Assembly: GCF_009914755.1 (NCBI RefSeq)
Contig: NC_060931.1
Length of the DNA: 64,000 nt
Strand: one strand, 5' to 3'
DNA from: the human T2T-CHM13v2.0 reference genome, Homo sapiens
The notes below the pieces were generated by a model. The model made no database searches. It was given only the letters and a program-made list of their open reading frames with translations, and had not been told where the DNA came from. The stretch's first letter is position 1, and the number at the start of each line of letters is the position of its first letter. Below are positions 45,164 through 63,705 of this stretch, piece by piece. Position numbers and translations under genes: made by a program.

Positions 45164-46710
45164 TCATGCCTATAATCCCAGCACTTTGGGAGGCCAGGGC
45201 AGGAGGATGGCTTGACCCAGGAGTTCAAGACCAGCCCGGGCAATACAGCAAGATCCCATTTCTACAAAAAAAATAATACTAATTAGCCAGGTGTGGTAGC
45301 ACGTGCCTGTATTCAGCTATTCAGGAGGCTAAGGTGGGAGGACTGCTTGAGTCCAGGAGTTCAAAGCTGCAGTGAGCTATGATCGCACCACTGTACTCCA
45401 GCCAGGGTGACAGAGTGAGACTCTGTCTCAAAAAATAAAAATTAAAAAATAAAAAATAAAAGGAGACATTATAGGAGGCAAGTCTGCAAAGCCTTAACTA
45501 CAAACTAAAGAAACCAAAAGGAAAAAGAAGACTTTAAAAAATCTTTAGAAGTCTAAGAAGTCTTAAGTCTGTTCCGGGTGGAGCAGAGTTAAGTATGCCA
45601 ATTAAATTATTGGGTGCTGGCCGGGCATGGTGGCTCACATCTGTAATCCCAGCACTTTGGAAGGGCAAGGCAGGTGGATCACTTGAGGTCAGGAGTTCGA
45701 GAGGACAACACGATGAAACTCCATCTCTACTGATGGATGTGAAAGGATGACTCCATCTCAAAAAAAAAAAAAAATTACGTGCTGACTGAAAATAAATTTG
45801 AAAGCAAGGTGTGTGACAGGGAAGGCTACTACCTGTGTAATATTCTGTTACTTAATGATAAGTCCTGAGTCATATTTCCAATCTCTCTTAACCAGCCTGT
45901 ATTTGTACATTGCTTGTGTACAAGCTTGCTAATTTCCACAAATGGCAGTAGGTTGTCTGCTCCAATAGGGCCAAAAATGCATCTACTGGATTCAAAGCTC
46001 AGTAAGGGCCAGGTGCAGTGGCTCATGCCTGTAATCTTGGCACTTTGGGAGGCCAAGGCAGGCAGATCACTTGAGGTCAGGAGTTTGAGACCAGCCTGGC
46101 CAACATGGTGAAACCCCTTCTCTACTAAAAATACAAAAAATTGCTGGCCGTGGTGGTGGGCACCTGTAATACCAGCTACTGGGGAGGCTGAGGCAGGAGA
46201 ATTGCTTGAACCTGGGAGACGGCAGCTGCAGTGAGCCGAGATCATGACACTGCACTGCAGCCTGGACGACAGAGTGAGACTCCGTCTCAAAAAAACTCAG
46301 TCAGGAATGAAGAATGTCTGAAGTACTGTATGTGTAACGTGGCTTGTGATTCTTAAGCCCTGAGTGCAGCTTGAGCTAGTCCTTCATGATCTAATACCAA
46401 AATGTTCAAGATCTGTTTTATGTCATTGGTGCCTTCTAATGTTGGCCTGTTGTTTTCCTTGCTGAGACTAGATTATGATGTGGTATATTGTTTTTATCAA
46501 TTTAACTTATAAGTATTTATAAGCAGCTTATTCTTCATGTTGCTCTCATTTACCCTGGAGATGCTTGATTGCTTTTTTTTTGTTTTTTTTTTTTTTTTTT
46601 TGAGACAGGGTTTCACTCTGTTGCCCATGCTGGAGTGCAGTGGCACGATCACAGCTCAATGCAGCCCTGACCTCCTGGGCTCAAGTGATTCTACCACCTC
46701 AGCCTCCTGA

Positions 46711-46932
<222 letters not shown>

Positions 46933-47828
46933 TAGAGAAATTGCTAGAAGAGTGAGATTACGTGTCCTCTAAGTTATAAGTTCACAAATAAAAGCCCAAA
47001 GGAAGTTAGGTAGCAGACTTAAAAACAAATTAAAAAGACCCTGCAAAACTTGGTCTTAAATGAAAGGTGACATTCTCCAACCTGGGTTGTCTTTCTGGTT
47101 TCATGGGACTGTGCAGTGCAGTTGGAGGGTGACTGGGCCCTGTTTCCACGGCACTCTCTAGGTGCAGGGACCATTGAACCATGTCTGCTATTCCTGTCTT
47201 AGCTCTGTACTGAAATAACAGTTGTGTTACTGGGTTTCAAAAGAAAGTCCATCCCTCCTGATCTAGGCAGAAAGCCATTAAAGAAAACAGAAGGATAATG
47301 AGCAGTGGGAAAACAAACCAGAAAAGTTACCGATTCACCCATCTTGTGTCAGAATCGACAGGCCTGTTGCTCCTGCTGGAAACCTAGGATGTACGTTTGC
47401 AATGAGAAAAGAGTGAAAGACTTGAGCAGGTACATTACGAAAGAGCAATCACAGCGGCCAGTGAATATGAAAAGGTCCTCAACTTAGAGAAGTCTGGAGA
47501 AATCCAAACTAAAACTACCCTAGGATACCACGCTACACCCACCAGCTTTAGGCAGGATGCAAACATCAGGAATTCTACCCTGCTGGTGAGCAGTGAGAGA
47601 GCGCATAAACCAGTATAACAACTTTGGAAAACAATTTAGTAGGGTGGAAAGCCAGGTGGACCACTGAGCCAGCAGTCCCATTCATTAGTACATACCCCAT
47701 GCCTGCTCCTCTGTGTAAGAATATTCACTGCAGAGACCGGGCGCGGTGGCTCACGCCTGTAATTCCAGCACTTTGGGAGGCCGAGGTGGGCGGATCATGA
47801 GGTTAGGAGATAGAGACCATCCTGGCTA

Positions 47829-48147
<319 letters not shown>

Positions 48148-48417
48148 CTACAGAGAAAATGAATACTTCTGTTGTTACAATAAAATGACTTCTAAAATAA
48201 TGTCTACAAAAAAGAAGCCAGGGCTGGGCACCAGTGGCTCATGTTTGTAATCCCAGCACTTTGGGGGGCTGGGGTTACAAGATCACTTGAGGCCACGAGA
48301 TGGAGACCACCTTGGATCTCGTTAACCACCTTTTATGTAGAGATGTGGTGAGACCCCATCTCTACATGGAAAAAAAAAGCCAGACATATTAAATATACGC
48401 TGTATGCTTACCTATAT

Positions 48418-48929
48418 TGTGATACCCTACCTTATTTTAACGTGATTGTCTCTCTTAGCTGAGAGAGCCAGACAGGCTCCATTTTAGTTCCTTCACTTGC
48501 AGCCCCCTCCCTTAAAGGCATAACTAGTCTAAGCTGACTCCATGCACGTCTAGGAATGCACTTACTGATAAGGTATCGAGGCAAGCTGAACCAGCAGCTC
48601 TTGGGGACTCGCTCGGTGGATGATACCAAAAGACCCTGCATTTATCTCTTTGTGGTAGTTTGAGCCCCTGCACCTGGAACTGTTTATTTTTCTGTAACTA
48701 TTTATGTAACCAATTAATCTTTTTAATTTTTCCCTGTTCTGCTTCTGTAAAAATTGTTTCAGCTAAACTCCCCCTCCCCTATTTAGACCACGGTATAAAA
48801 AGAAATCTAGCCCCTTCTTCGGGGCCAAAAGAATTTTGAGCTCTAGCCATCTCTCAGTCACCGGCAATAAAGGACTCCTAAATCAGTCTCATGGTGCGGC
48901 GTTTCTCTATAACTCGCTCGGTTACAACA
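48418..48929 (+). mobile_element. Intact ERV1-class solo LTR (LTR6/HERV-T-like) inserted in an old L1 remnant
   Basis: TG...CA termini; 4-bp TSD ATAT (48414-48417 and 48930-48933); TATAAAA at 48794; AATAAA at 48866. Confidence 0.85.
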
Positions 48930-49119
48930 ATATCAAGACTATATTGTTTAGGGGCCAGGCATGGTGGCTCACGCCTGTAATCCCAGCACTTTGGGAGGTC
49001 GAGGCAGGCAGATCGCTGGAGGTCAGGAGTTCGAGACCAGCCTGGCCAACATGGTGAAACCCTGACTCTACTAAAAATACAACATTAGCCGGGTGCAGTG
49101 GACGGCGCCTGTAATCTCA

Positions 49120-49269
<150 letters not shown>

Positions 49270-49646
49270 CTATATTGTTTAGGGATACTTAGTTGACAAA
49301 ATAACAGACACAAACAGGACATAATTACCATAAAAATCAGGACCTGGGGGGGGGGTTGGGGGGGGAGATTTAAGTGGAAAGAATGGAGCGGTGACAATGT
49401 GTGTCAACCTGGGAGGTGGTGACCCTGGGGTTCGCTTTGTAATTCCTCAAAATGAGCATTTATGTGCTATTCACTTTTCACAGGGCAGAATCTCTGAACT
49501 AACATGTTTACGCAGCCATATGCAAAAAAAAAAAATGGATAATTTGTATTCTAATTAAAATATTTAAAAATTGGAGACAAGGCGGCCGGGCGCGGTGGCT
49601 CAGGCCTGTAATCCCAGCACTTTGGGAGGCTGAGGCGGGTGGATCA

Positions 49647-49929
<283 letters not shown>

Positions 49930-50035
49930 TCAGGGCTCAAGCAATCCTCCCGCCTCGGTCTCCCAAGGCGCTGAGATTCCAGGCATGAACCACTGCGCCC
50001 AACCAGGAAAAAATAAAATAAAATAAATAAATAAA

Positions 50036-50241
50036 TGTATATATATATACATACACACACACGGGTGTGTATATATATATATATGTATATATACACACAC
50101 GTGTGTATGTATATATACACACACGTGTGTATATATATATACACACACGTGTATATATATACACACACGTGTATATATACACACACATATGTGTATATAT
50201 ATATGTATGTGTGTATATATTTTTCATACGTGTATATATAT
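50036..50241. repeat. Compound (TA)n/(CA)n/(TG)n repeat
   Basis: Read directly from the sequence; contains CACGTG-centred quasi-palindromic units. Confidence 0.95.
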
Positions 50242-50243
50242 AA

Positions 50244-50522
<279 letters not shown>

Positions 50523-50549
50523 TGAAGGGCAAGGAAGTGTAGCTGTCTA

Positions 50550-50765
<216 letters not shown>

Positions 50766-51266
50766 CTAATAAACTTATTTTTAGAGATACTTCTTTCAAT
50801 TTTCTGTGAGGTCATCTGCAGTTTCACATGGTAGACAGACTTAGGTGAGATTCTTAGCAAGGTAGAACGAAGAGTAAAGAGGTTTGTTTATTTCACAAGG
50901 GTTTATTGAAGGCCTACGATGTGTTAAATGCTGTAGGAAATACCCACTGATTTCTCTTTCATGGAGGTTTCCTGCCTTCTCTTAACAAGTTATCAATTAA
51001 ACGGTTTACTGGAAATTGCTAAGTTAATGAACACACGGGATACATTCTTTGGATGAGCAGACATTGGTTGGGCAGAGGAGGAAGAGGAGAGCGGTTTAGA
51101 CAGAAACCTGCTTATACACTGTAGTGTCTAAAAGAGCTTGTGATGTTCAGGAAACAATTGTTCACTGCGCTACAATATAGGGGACGGCCAGTTGCAGTGG
51201 CTCACACCTGTAATCCTAGTGCTTTGGGAGGCCAAGGAGGGCAGATCACCTGAGTTCAGGAGTTCA

Positions 51267-51593
<327 letters not shown>

Positions 51594-51877
51594 TCATATA
51601 GTAGGAAGTGGGGCACTAGTAAATTTTTAAGCAGAAGAATTATTTGACCAGATTTGTGATTTCAAAAATAGCTCTGGTGATAGAGTGGAGGATGGCTTGG
51701 AGCAGGGAATAAGGGCAGATAAAACTGTTATAAAACTCTTAAAGCTAGTACAGCAAGAACTTTGAGGGTCTTTGCAAAGACAGCAGCTGGCAGCTTCAAT
51801 TTGGAGTAGGGTATCAAAGGCAACTGTGTATAAGGAATAGTTATGTAACTGGTACCCAATTTCTGAGATGATTTTGA

Positions 51878-52063
<186 letters not shown>

Positions 52064-52288
52064 TGAGTAGCTGGGTTTATAGGCGCCCACCATGATGCCT
52101 GCCTAATTTTTTGTATTTTTAGTAGAGACAGGGTTTCACCATGTTGGCCAGGATGGTCTCCAACTCCTGACCTCAAGTGATCTGCCTGCCTCTGCCTCCC
52201 AAAGTGCTGGGATTACAGGCATGAACAACCGCGCCTGCCCCCCTTTCTCCTTACTGGGTATGTTAAAATTATTTCTTTCAAAAGAAAA

Positions 52289-52387
52289 GGCTGGTCAAAG
52301 TGCAACGGTGTTAACCACTAATTGATCACAACCAGTTACAGATTTTTTTGTTCCTTCTCCACTCCAACTGCTTCATTTGACTAGCCT
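52289..52387 (+). pseudogene. Y RNA (RNY3-type) retropseudogene
   Basis: GGCTGGTC..GTGCA..GGTGTT..C.ACTAATTGATCACAACCAGTTACAGATTT.TTTGTTCCTTCTCCACTCC.ACTGCTTCA.TTGACTAGCCT matches hY3; followed by an A-tail and flanked by an AAAGAAAA duplication. Confidence 0.93.
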
Positions 52388-52710
52388 ATGGACAAAAAAA
52401 AAAAGAGGAAAGAAAAAGCTAAACTATTTAATCTGGGCTAGTAAATGGCCAGAAAGGGCTTTATAAAAATGAAATATACAAAATGATACTCGTACGTTTA
52501 ACTAAAGGTATAGTTATGACTCTTCAATTTGCATATGTTATAAATAATATCAATATAAAAGCTTATAGCATGGGTCCATTTTTTTTTTTTTTTCTTTTTG
52601 AGACGGAGTCTCACTGTCTCCCAGGCTGGAGTACAGTGGCGCGATCTCGGCTCACTGCAAGCTCCGCCCCCCGGGTTCATGCCATTCTAGCATGGGTCCA
52701 TTTTTAATAA

Positions 52711-54544
<1,834 letters not shown>

Positions 54545-54887
54545 TAAATTAATCCTGGTTTTCAAGAGTATTGGTTAATGCACATGAGCAAAAGATTTAC
54601 TAAAGATGTTTATTCTTCAGTTGATACTCTTGCCATAATCTATTGAGAAATGCTTTATTTGCATTTCTCGTTAAAGACTTAACATTAAAGACTTAACTTA
54701 GGGTGATTTACTTTTTTCTTTTCATCACATAGTGTTTATTAGGACTGGGCAACATAGTGAGACTCTGTTTCTATGAAAAATTAAAAAAAAAATTGACTGG
54801 GCATGGTGGCATCCACCTGTAGTTCCAGCTACTTGGGAAGCTGAAGTGGGAGATTCACTTGAGCCCAGAAACTTGAGGCTGCAGTGA

Positions 54888-55356
<469 letters not shown>

Positions 55357-55541
55357 TGAATCTGAATGCAAAAGAAACAGCTAAATGTTATGTAATTGTT
55401 GTGTTTAAAAACCAGATTATAAAACTATCTGTATTATATGATTACAGTTTAATAAAAACAAAACAATGGCCTAAATGTGTATAGTATAAAGGCTGGAAGA
55501 GTCAGCACTTTCATGTTCTCAGCGGTTATCCTTGGATGTGA

Positions 55542-55979
<438 letters not shown>

Positions 55980-56531
55980 TAAAGCTTTTTTGTAAGTCAG
56001 CTAGCAAGAACACAGGAAGAAATACTCAAATCTCCCTTACCCAGCTGGGGGCTATGTCAGGTTTTATAAGCATAGGGTAATGAGTTGTGATTTGATTGGA
56101 TCTTGCAATAAAGTAATGCTGGGAGGTGTGATCTGACTGGATCCTGCCATGGGATGACACCAAAACTCAATCTGATTGGATCCTGGCTCCTGCCATGGAG
56201 TGTCCAGTTCTTAAATCAGTCTCAGCTCTTCAGGCCGAGCTCTTAGGTTCCACTCCGTGGTTGCATGCTTGGTTAACCTGAGCATGCACAGGGTACATGC
56301 CCTTCAACCTGTGGGTCCATGGCAATTGAAAAACAACTGACAACCTCATTACATAAAAGTTGAACTGAGCCGGGTGCAGTGACTCACGCCTGTAATCCCA
56401 GCACTTTGGGAGGCCAAGGCAGGTGGAGGTCAGGACTTCAAGACCAGCCTGGCCAAAATGGTAAAACCCCGTCTCTACTAAAAATATAAATGTTAGCCAG
56501 GTGTGGTGGTGCACCCTTATAATCCCAGCTA

Positions 56532-56777
<246 letters not shown>

Positions 56778-57198
56778 TCATGCTGAGCAGGGCACTGAGT
56801 CCCCTAAAGTGAAAGGAATGAAACTCCTGGGCTTCTGAGTTCAAATGAGTTCTGGGGTCACCCGGAGTAGCTTGAAAGGCTGGTATTGTTGTAATACAAG
56901 CTGAAGGTGGAAGTGTTGGATCCTGGAGAACAAACAGCTCACCATCCATTTAAATAAATAGGACCAAAAAGTAACAGAACAGTGGCCACGAGGGGCCCCA
57001 ACAGAGGAAGAAACCAGGTGAGGTGCGGTATAGTGGACTCGACTGCCTTCTAAATCTCAGTTGTTGGCTGGGTGCGGTGGCTCACACCTGTAATTCCAGC
57101 AAAAGAAAAGCCGAGGCAGGGTGATCACGAGGTCAGGAGTTCAAGACCAGCCTGGCAAACATGGTGAAGCCCTGTCTCTACTAAAAATACAAAAATTA

Positions 57199-57345
<147 letters not shown>

Positions 57346-57386
57346 TCAATCAATCAATCAATCAATCTCAGCGGTTGAACTACCCT

Positions 57387-57772
57387 TGACATGGTTCAGC
57401 TCTGTATCCACACCCAAATCTCATGTCAAATTGTAATTCCCAGTGTTGTGGGAGGGACCTGGTGGGAGGTGATTGGCTCATGGGGGCCGACTTCCCCCTT
57501 GCTGTTCTCGTGATATTGAGTGAGCGCTTGTGGGATCTGGTTGTTTAAAAGCGTGCAGCCCTCCCACTTCACTCTCTCTGTCTCTCCTGCTCCAACATGG
57601 CCAGACGTGCCTGCTTCCCCTTCGCCTTCTGCCGTGATTGTCAGTTTCCTGAGGCCTCCCCAGCCACGCTTCCTGTACAGCCTGCAGAACTGTGAGTCAA
57701 TTAAACCTCTTTTCTTCATAAATTACCCAGTTTCTCATAGTTCTTTATAGCAGTGTGAAAACAGACTAATGG
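57387..57772 (+). mobile_element. MaLR (MST-type) LTR supplying a PMS2L-type exon at 57605-57691
   Basis: MST consensus (CCCAAATCTCATG..AATTGTAAT...CTGCAGAACTGTGAGTCAATTAAACCTCTTT). CCAG|ACG TGC CTG... encodes [10 protein letters not shown], a tail I recall from PMS2L products; donor ACT|GTGAGT. Confidence 0.85.
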
Positions 57773-58200
57773 ACCCTTCTGGTTGAAGGAATGCAGCCAT
57801 TCTGCTTGTTTGACTATGTCCTTTCTATTCATCTCTATTTCCTGGGAGGTGTTTATCCAAGTGCAATAGGAGGTATTGGTGACTGCACAGTCCCCTCAGT
57901 GTTCTGCTAGTAAATAGTTGAAGGTTGATCATTGATCTCCCGCGTTTTCAGTCTGGCATGGAAAAGCCCCCATGCAACTGGTAGTAAAGATATCAATAAG
58001 CACCAGGAGGTATCTAAATCCACCAGGAGCCATAGGCATCACGTTGACGTCCATTTACCAGTCTTCCCTGGCAAGATTCTTCTGAATTGTGCTGCCTTGG
58101 CCAAAAGAGGTGTGGGAGGGGCTGGGCGCAGTGGCTTGTGCCTGTAATCCCAACATTTTGGGAAACCAATTCAGGTGGATCATTAGAGGTCAGGGGTTCA

Positions 58201-58401
<201 letters not shown>

Positions 58402-59803
58402 TCAAAAAATAAAAAAAAAAGTCCGGGCGTGATGGCTCACACCTGTAATCCCAGCACTTTGAGAGGCCAAGACGGGTGGATCACGAGGTCAGGAGTTCAA
58501 GACCAGCCTGGCCTAGATGGTGAAACCCTGTCTCTACTAAAAATACAAATATTAGCTGGGCATGGTGGCATGCACCTGTAATCTCAGCTACTCAGAAGTC
58601 TGATGCAGGAGAATTGCTAAAACCCAGGAGGGGGAGGTTATATTGAGCTGAGATTGCACCACTGCACTCTAGCCTGGGCGACAGAGCAAGACTCCGTCTC
58701 GAAAGAAAGAAAGAGAAAGGAAATTCCCCAGGGAAGTACCTCGGCTGATTTCATAAACAGGTACCGAAGGAAGCAGAGGCATGTGGAGGACTTCCCCACC
58801 TTGTGCAGCTATTTGGGCCATGGCGTCTGAAATTTATTATTTCAGAGTCACCCCTTTGATGACCTTAGCAGTGAACTGCAGTCATCTGTTTAGGCCTCTC
58901 CATGGCCCGCGTCAATGCCGGTATTTCTGTTTGTTGCACATTTGATTTCCTTGTTGTTGGCATTTAGAAGGCCCCCTGCTTCCCAGATCACACCACGGGC
59001 ATGGACCACAGAGATTGCATCTTGTGAGTCTGTAGAAATGGTCAAGGCCTTGTCCTCTCTTAGGTCCAGAGCTCAGGTGAATGCAGATTTTCCCGGCCAT
59101 CTGTGCTGAAGTCCCTGTGGAGAGGCTCCTGGCTGGTTTCCTGTAGGTAGACAGCTACACGTCCTGCCCTTCATTGGCTTCTTTTCATGAAGCTCCTGCC
59201 ATCTACAAAACATGTCTCCCTTCTTGAATCACTTCTCTGTTATTGAAACTCTAGAAGTCAACCGGGCATGGTGGCTATGCCTATAATCCCAGCATTTTGG
59301 GATGCCAAGGCGGGTGGATCACCTGAGGTCAGGAGTTCAAGACCAGCCTGGCCAACATGGCGAAACCCCGTCTCTAATACAAATACAAAAATTAGCCAAG
59401 CATGGTGGCCACTGTACTCCAGCCTGGGCGACAGAGCAAGACTCTGTCTCGAAAAAAAAAAAAAAAAAAAAAGAGAAAGAAAGTATCATGCTTTTCTGCA
59501 TTCTGTGAATTGTTTTAGTGAGTTATTGAACTTGAGGGCATGGTGGGAACCTCCAAATTTGCAGCCTGTTGGTGAGAAGTACATGTGGTCTGAGGACACC
59601 CAAGCCTGCAGGTGTGTCTAAAGCGAGGGCAGCCTAGTAGGGGCTGGTGGCCTTAACCTGTGGCATTTGAGGTAACATCAGGGAGTTGACATCAGAATTG
59701 CATCACATAGGCTGGGCGCGGTGGCTCACACCTGTAATCCTAGCACTTTGGGAGGCCAAGGCGGGCAGATCACGAGGTCAGGAGATCGAGACCATCCTGG
59801 CTA

Positions 59804-60235
<432 letters not shown>

Positions 60236-60543
60236 TTAACTGCTGCAGGAACTTTCTTTTTTTTTTTTTTTTTGAGAGGGGGTGAGGAGACACAATCTCT
60301 GCTAGTGATCTCCTCTCCTGCCTCAGCCTCCCAAATAGCTGGGATTATAGGCGTGCACCACCACGCCTGCCTAATTTTTGTATTTTTAGTAGAGACAGGG
60401 TTTCACCATGTTGGCCAGGCTGGTCTCAAACTCCTGCTGGGATCATGGGCGTGAGCCACCGCGCCCAGCCACCTTTAGAGTTTTCTTACCACCTGGTTTT
60501 CCTCTCTCAATATCTTTCTCTCATTTCCTGCCTTAAAACTCTA

Positions 60544-60898
<355 letters not shown>

Positions 60899-61179
60899 TT
60901 AAAAAATAAAAATTAAAAATAGATGTAGATGCTATGTTGCTGAGGCTGGCCTCAAACTCCTGGCCTCAGGTGATCCTCCCACCATGACCTCCAAAACCGC
61001 AGGGATTGTAGGTGTGAGCACTGCACCCAGCCTTATGTTTTTTTCTACATAAAAAACAGCACAGGATTATCTTCCAGAGCTAATAAATATGTTCAAATAA
61101 CCACAACCCCATTAAGGAAAAATATCACTGGGCAGCAAATAATCAATCCAGACCAATATGATCACAATTGCTGTGAAGG

Positions 61180-62687
61180 TGAGAAAAGTTCATTTTTATT
61201 ATGTTTCCCCAAGAGACCCACTCTATTGTTCTCTTGAAAACACACAGCTCATGTCCTCCTTTAGAACACACATTCTCTTTAAAGTAATATACAAACATGC
61301 CAAAACAAGGTAAAAAATTACATCTGAATTCTCACATTTCAAACATATATGAAATATCAAATAAAAATTTATTTTTACAAGAATTTAGGGGAACTACTAC
61401 ATAGCTATAAATGTAATATATATGTTAACTAAGTATCATAGATAAAATCCATGCTCCCTTCAGCAGCACGTGTAATAATAGATACAAAGATTGAAAGGTA
61501 AAAGATTTAGGATGAAAAGAATCCTCTCTTAAAAAGGAAAACAAAATTATATGTATGTGTATATAACAGTTATAATACCCATCACACAGCTTTGTAGAAA
61601 CAGCATCTATTCAAAAATACCAGTATTTCCAAAATATTTAAAATAATATTTAATGTAAAAATAATATTTAAATAAATAAATATATTTAATAAATATTTAA
61701 ATAAATAAAATAATATTTAAATAATTCTATACCCATGTTTTTCAAAATAAACCAATAAAATAGATAGTATATATTAGACGTGTTAGTATATATATCTGAG
61801 ACATGTTAAAAATCACAACTGAATTCTCACAATTCAGTCACAAACCTAAACAGCAAATAAAAATTTCTATCACCAGAATTATGTATTTTTCTGGTGGGGA
61901 ACTACCAATAGCTATAAATAGAAGAGATTATTATGGAAGTATCATAGATAAAAAGAGTGCTCGCTTCAGGAGCACATATAATAATACAGAAACAAATTTA
62001 AAGATAATAAAATATTTAGGATAAAAGAATTGTCTCTTAAAAATGAAAAGAAAATTATCTTTATGTATATATAACAACTATAACTCTCATCAAAAAACTA
62101 CAGGAACAGCATGTTTTCAAAAGTACAACAATTTCCAAACTATTTGAAATAAATCTATGAATAATTCAATGGCCGACATTTTCCAAACAAACCAATAAAA
62201 TGCAGAGTGTGCATGAAGCTATCTGTTACAATCTGTGGCACTGATATTTCACAAAAGAATTCTGTCCCAATCTGAGCCCCTGCATTGTGCCTTCAAATCC
62301 TCCTGGACTGCAAGTCCGTAAGAAACAGGACCTCCAGGTTCCGCCCCAGGGAGGTTGGAATTCAGCAATATAAAAAGGGTGGTGGTGCCACAGGAAAGGG
62401 TGGAACTGGAAACGCTCCTGGTTTCTTACTTTTCTCCAAGGACTCCTAGAAGGACCCCACCCCCCTCCCCCCACCCCTGCTCCTAGGAGGACAACGTGAT
62501 CACTGTATTCAGCTCCATCAAGAATGGTCCAGGTTCTTCTAGATGATCTGCACAAATGGTTCCTCTCCTCCTGCCTGGTGTCTGCCATTAGCATTGGAAT
62601 AAAGTTCCTGCTGAAAATCCACATCTCCCCTGGGTCCGGTGTTCTGGAGGCGAGAGAGACAATGTCACACTTCAAGGAGGCAGCTCT
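61180..62687 (-). other. SPDYE6: SPDYE last (non-coding, AU-rich 3'UTR) exon
   Basis: Minus-strand acceptor TTTCCTGTCTAG| at 62688; minus-strand AATAAA at 61200-61195. Confidence 0.7.
62441..62620 (+). pseudogene. Terminal exon of PMS2L-type transcripts, antisense to the SPDYE 3'UTR
   Basis: TTTTCTCCAAG|GACTCC acceptor; EDNVITVFSSIKNGPGSSR-like coding remnant seen in PMS2L cDNAs; AATAAA at 62598-62603. Confidence 0.6.
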
Positions 62688-63523
62688 CTAGACAGGAAAG
62701 TTATTCACGTCCCATGTCAATTGAGAAATGCAATTTTATCTGCTGCCTTTCATTCTATACCCTGCTTCTGAACCATCGTGTTCAACTGTGAAACTCACAC
62801 TTTGGTGACCACGACTCCAAAACTCACTTAATACACCCAAGGTCAGCCCCAGTGATCTGCTTCATAGCAAGGACTTTGGGTGGGTCTGCCCAGGGAGTAG
62901 GGCACCCTCAGAGAATGTGGCTTTGGACTTTATCACAGCTGGGGCCTTTTGTGTCACTTAAGATCTAAACTTGTAACCATGCTAGATGTGTTTCTAATGT
63001 GACAACATCACGAACCACGAGTCCAGAAGCCTAATCCTTAATCCTACCTCCTCATGATGAAGTCTCATGCTCTGTGCTCAACGTGGTTAGCTGCACAAGA
63101 TGTAAACCAAAGCTTCACTGAACCCTCGACCCAAATCAGTAACTCAAGTGCGTCAATCATAATGAACCTCCCCAAACTCAGTTTTTATGATTATTTTTGA
63201 GGCAGGGTCTCACTCTGTCGCCCAGACTGGAGTGCAGTGGCAGGATCAGGGCTCCGTGCGGCCCCGACCTTCCAGGCTCCAGCGATCCTCCCGCCTCAGC
63301 CTCCTGAGTAGTTGGGAGTAGAGATGCGTCCCACATCGCCTGGCTAATTTTTGTATTTTTGTGGAGAGGGGATCTCGCCACGTTGCCCAGGCTTGAAGCC
63401 AGATCAAGCAATTGGGTTCTTCGGATTTCCGAAATAGACCCCAATATTCTGCCTTTACCCCAGAGGATGCAGATGTACCTTCTCTCAGGCCGATGACCTC
63501 AGGCCTCCCCGGTCCCTGGAGCT

Positions 63524-63583
63524 CTAGGAAAGGTGAGCGCGATCTCGCGCCCACACCCAGTGCTCTGGGTCATAAGCCTGGAT
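63524..63583 (-). CDS. SPDYE6: Speedy/RINGO-E final coding exon (exon spans 63583-63479): [19 protein letters not shown]
   Basis: Conserved Speedy C-terminal [15 protein letters not shown] motif; TTTTTCCAG acceptor; GT donor at 63478. Paralogue identity is inferred from position next to SH2B2. Confidence 0.85.
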   Translation of the reverse strand: MQAYDPEHWVWARDRAHLS

Positions 63584-63705
63584 CTGGAAAAACAAACGCC
63601 CTTTGAGAAGACGGGGACTCGCCAGGATACCCCTCTCTCCCCTCATCCAGCCTCCAGCCCACCCAATTCCTCCCCACCTCCTCCACCTCCCCAGGCCCCA
63701 CTCAC

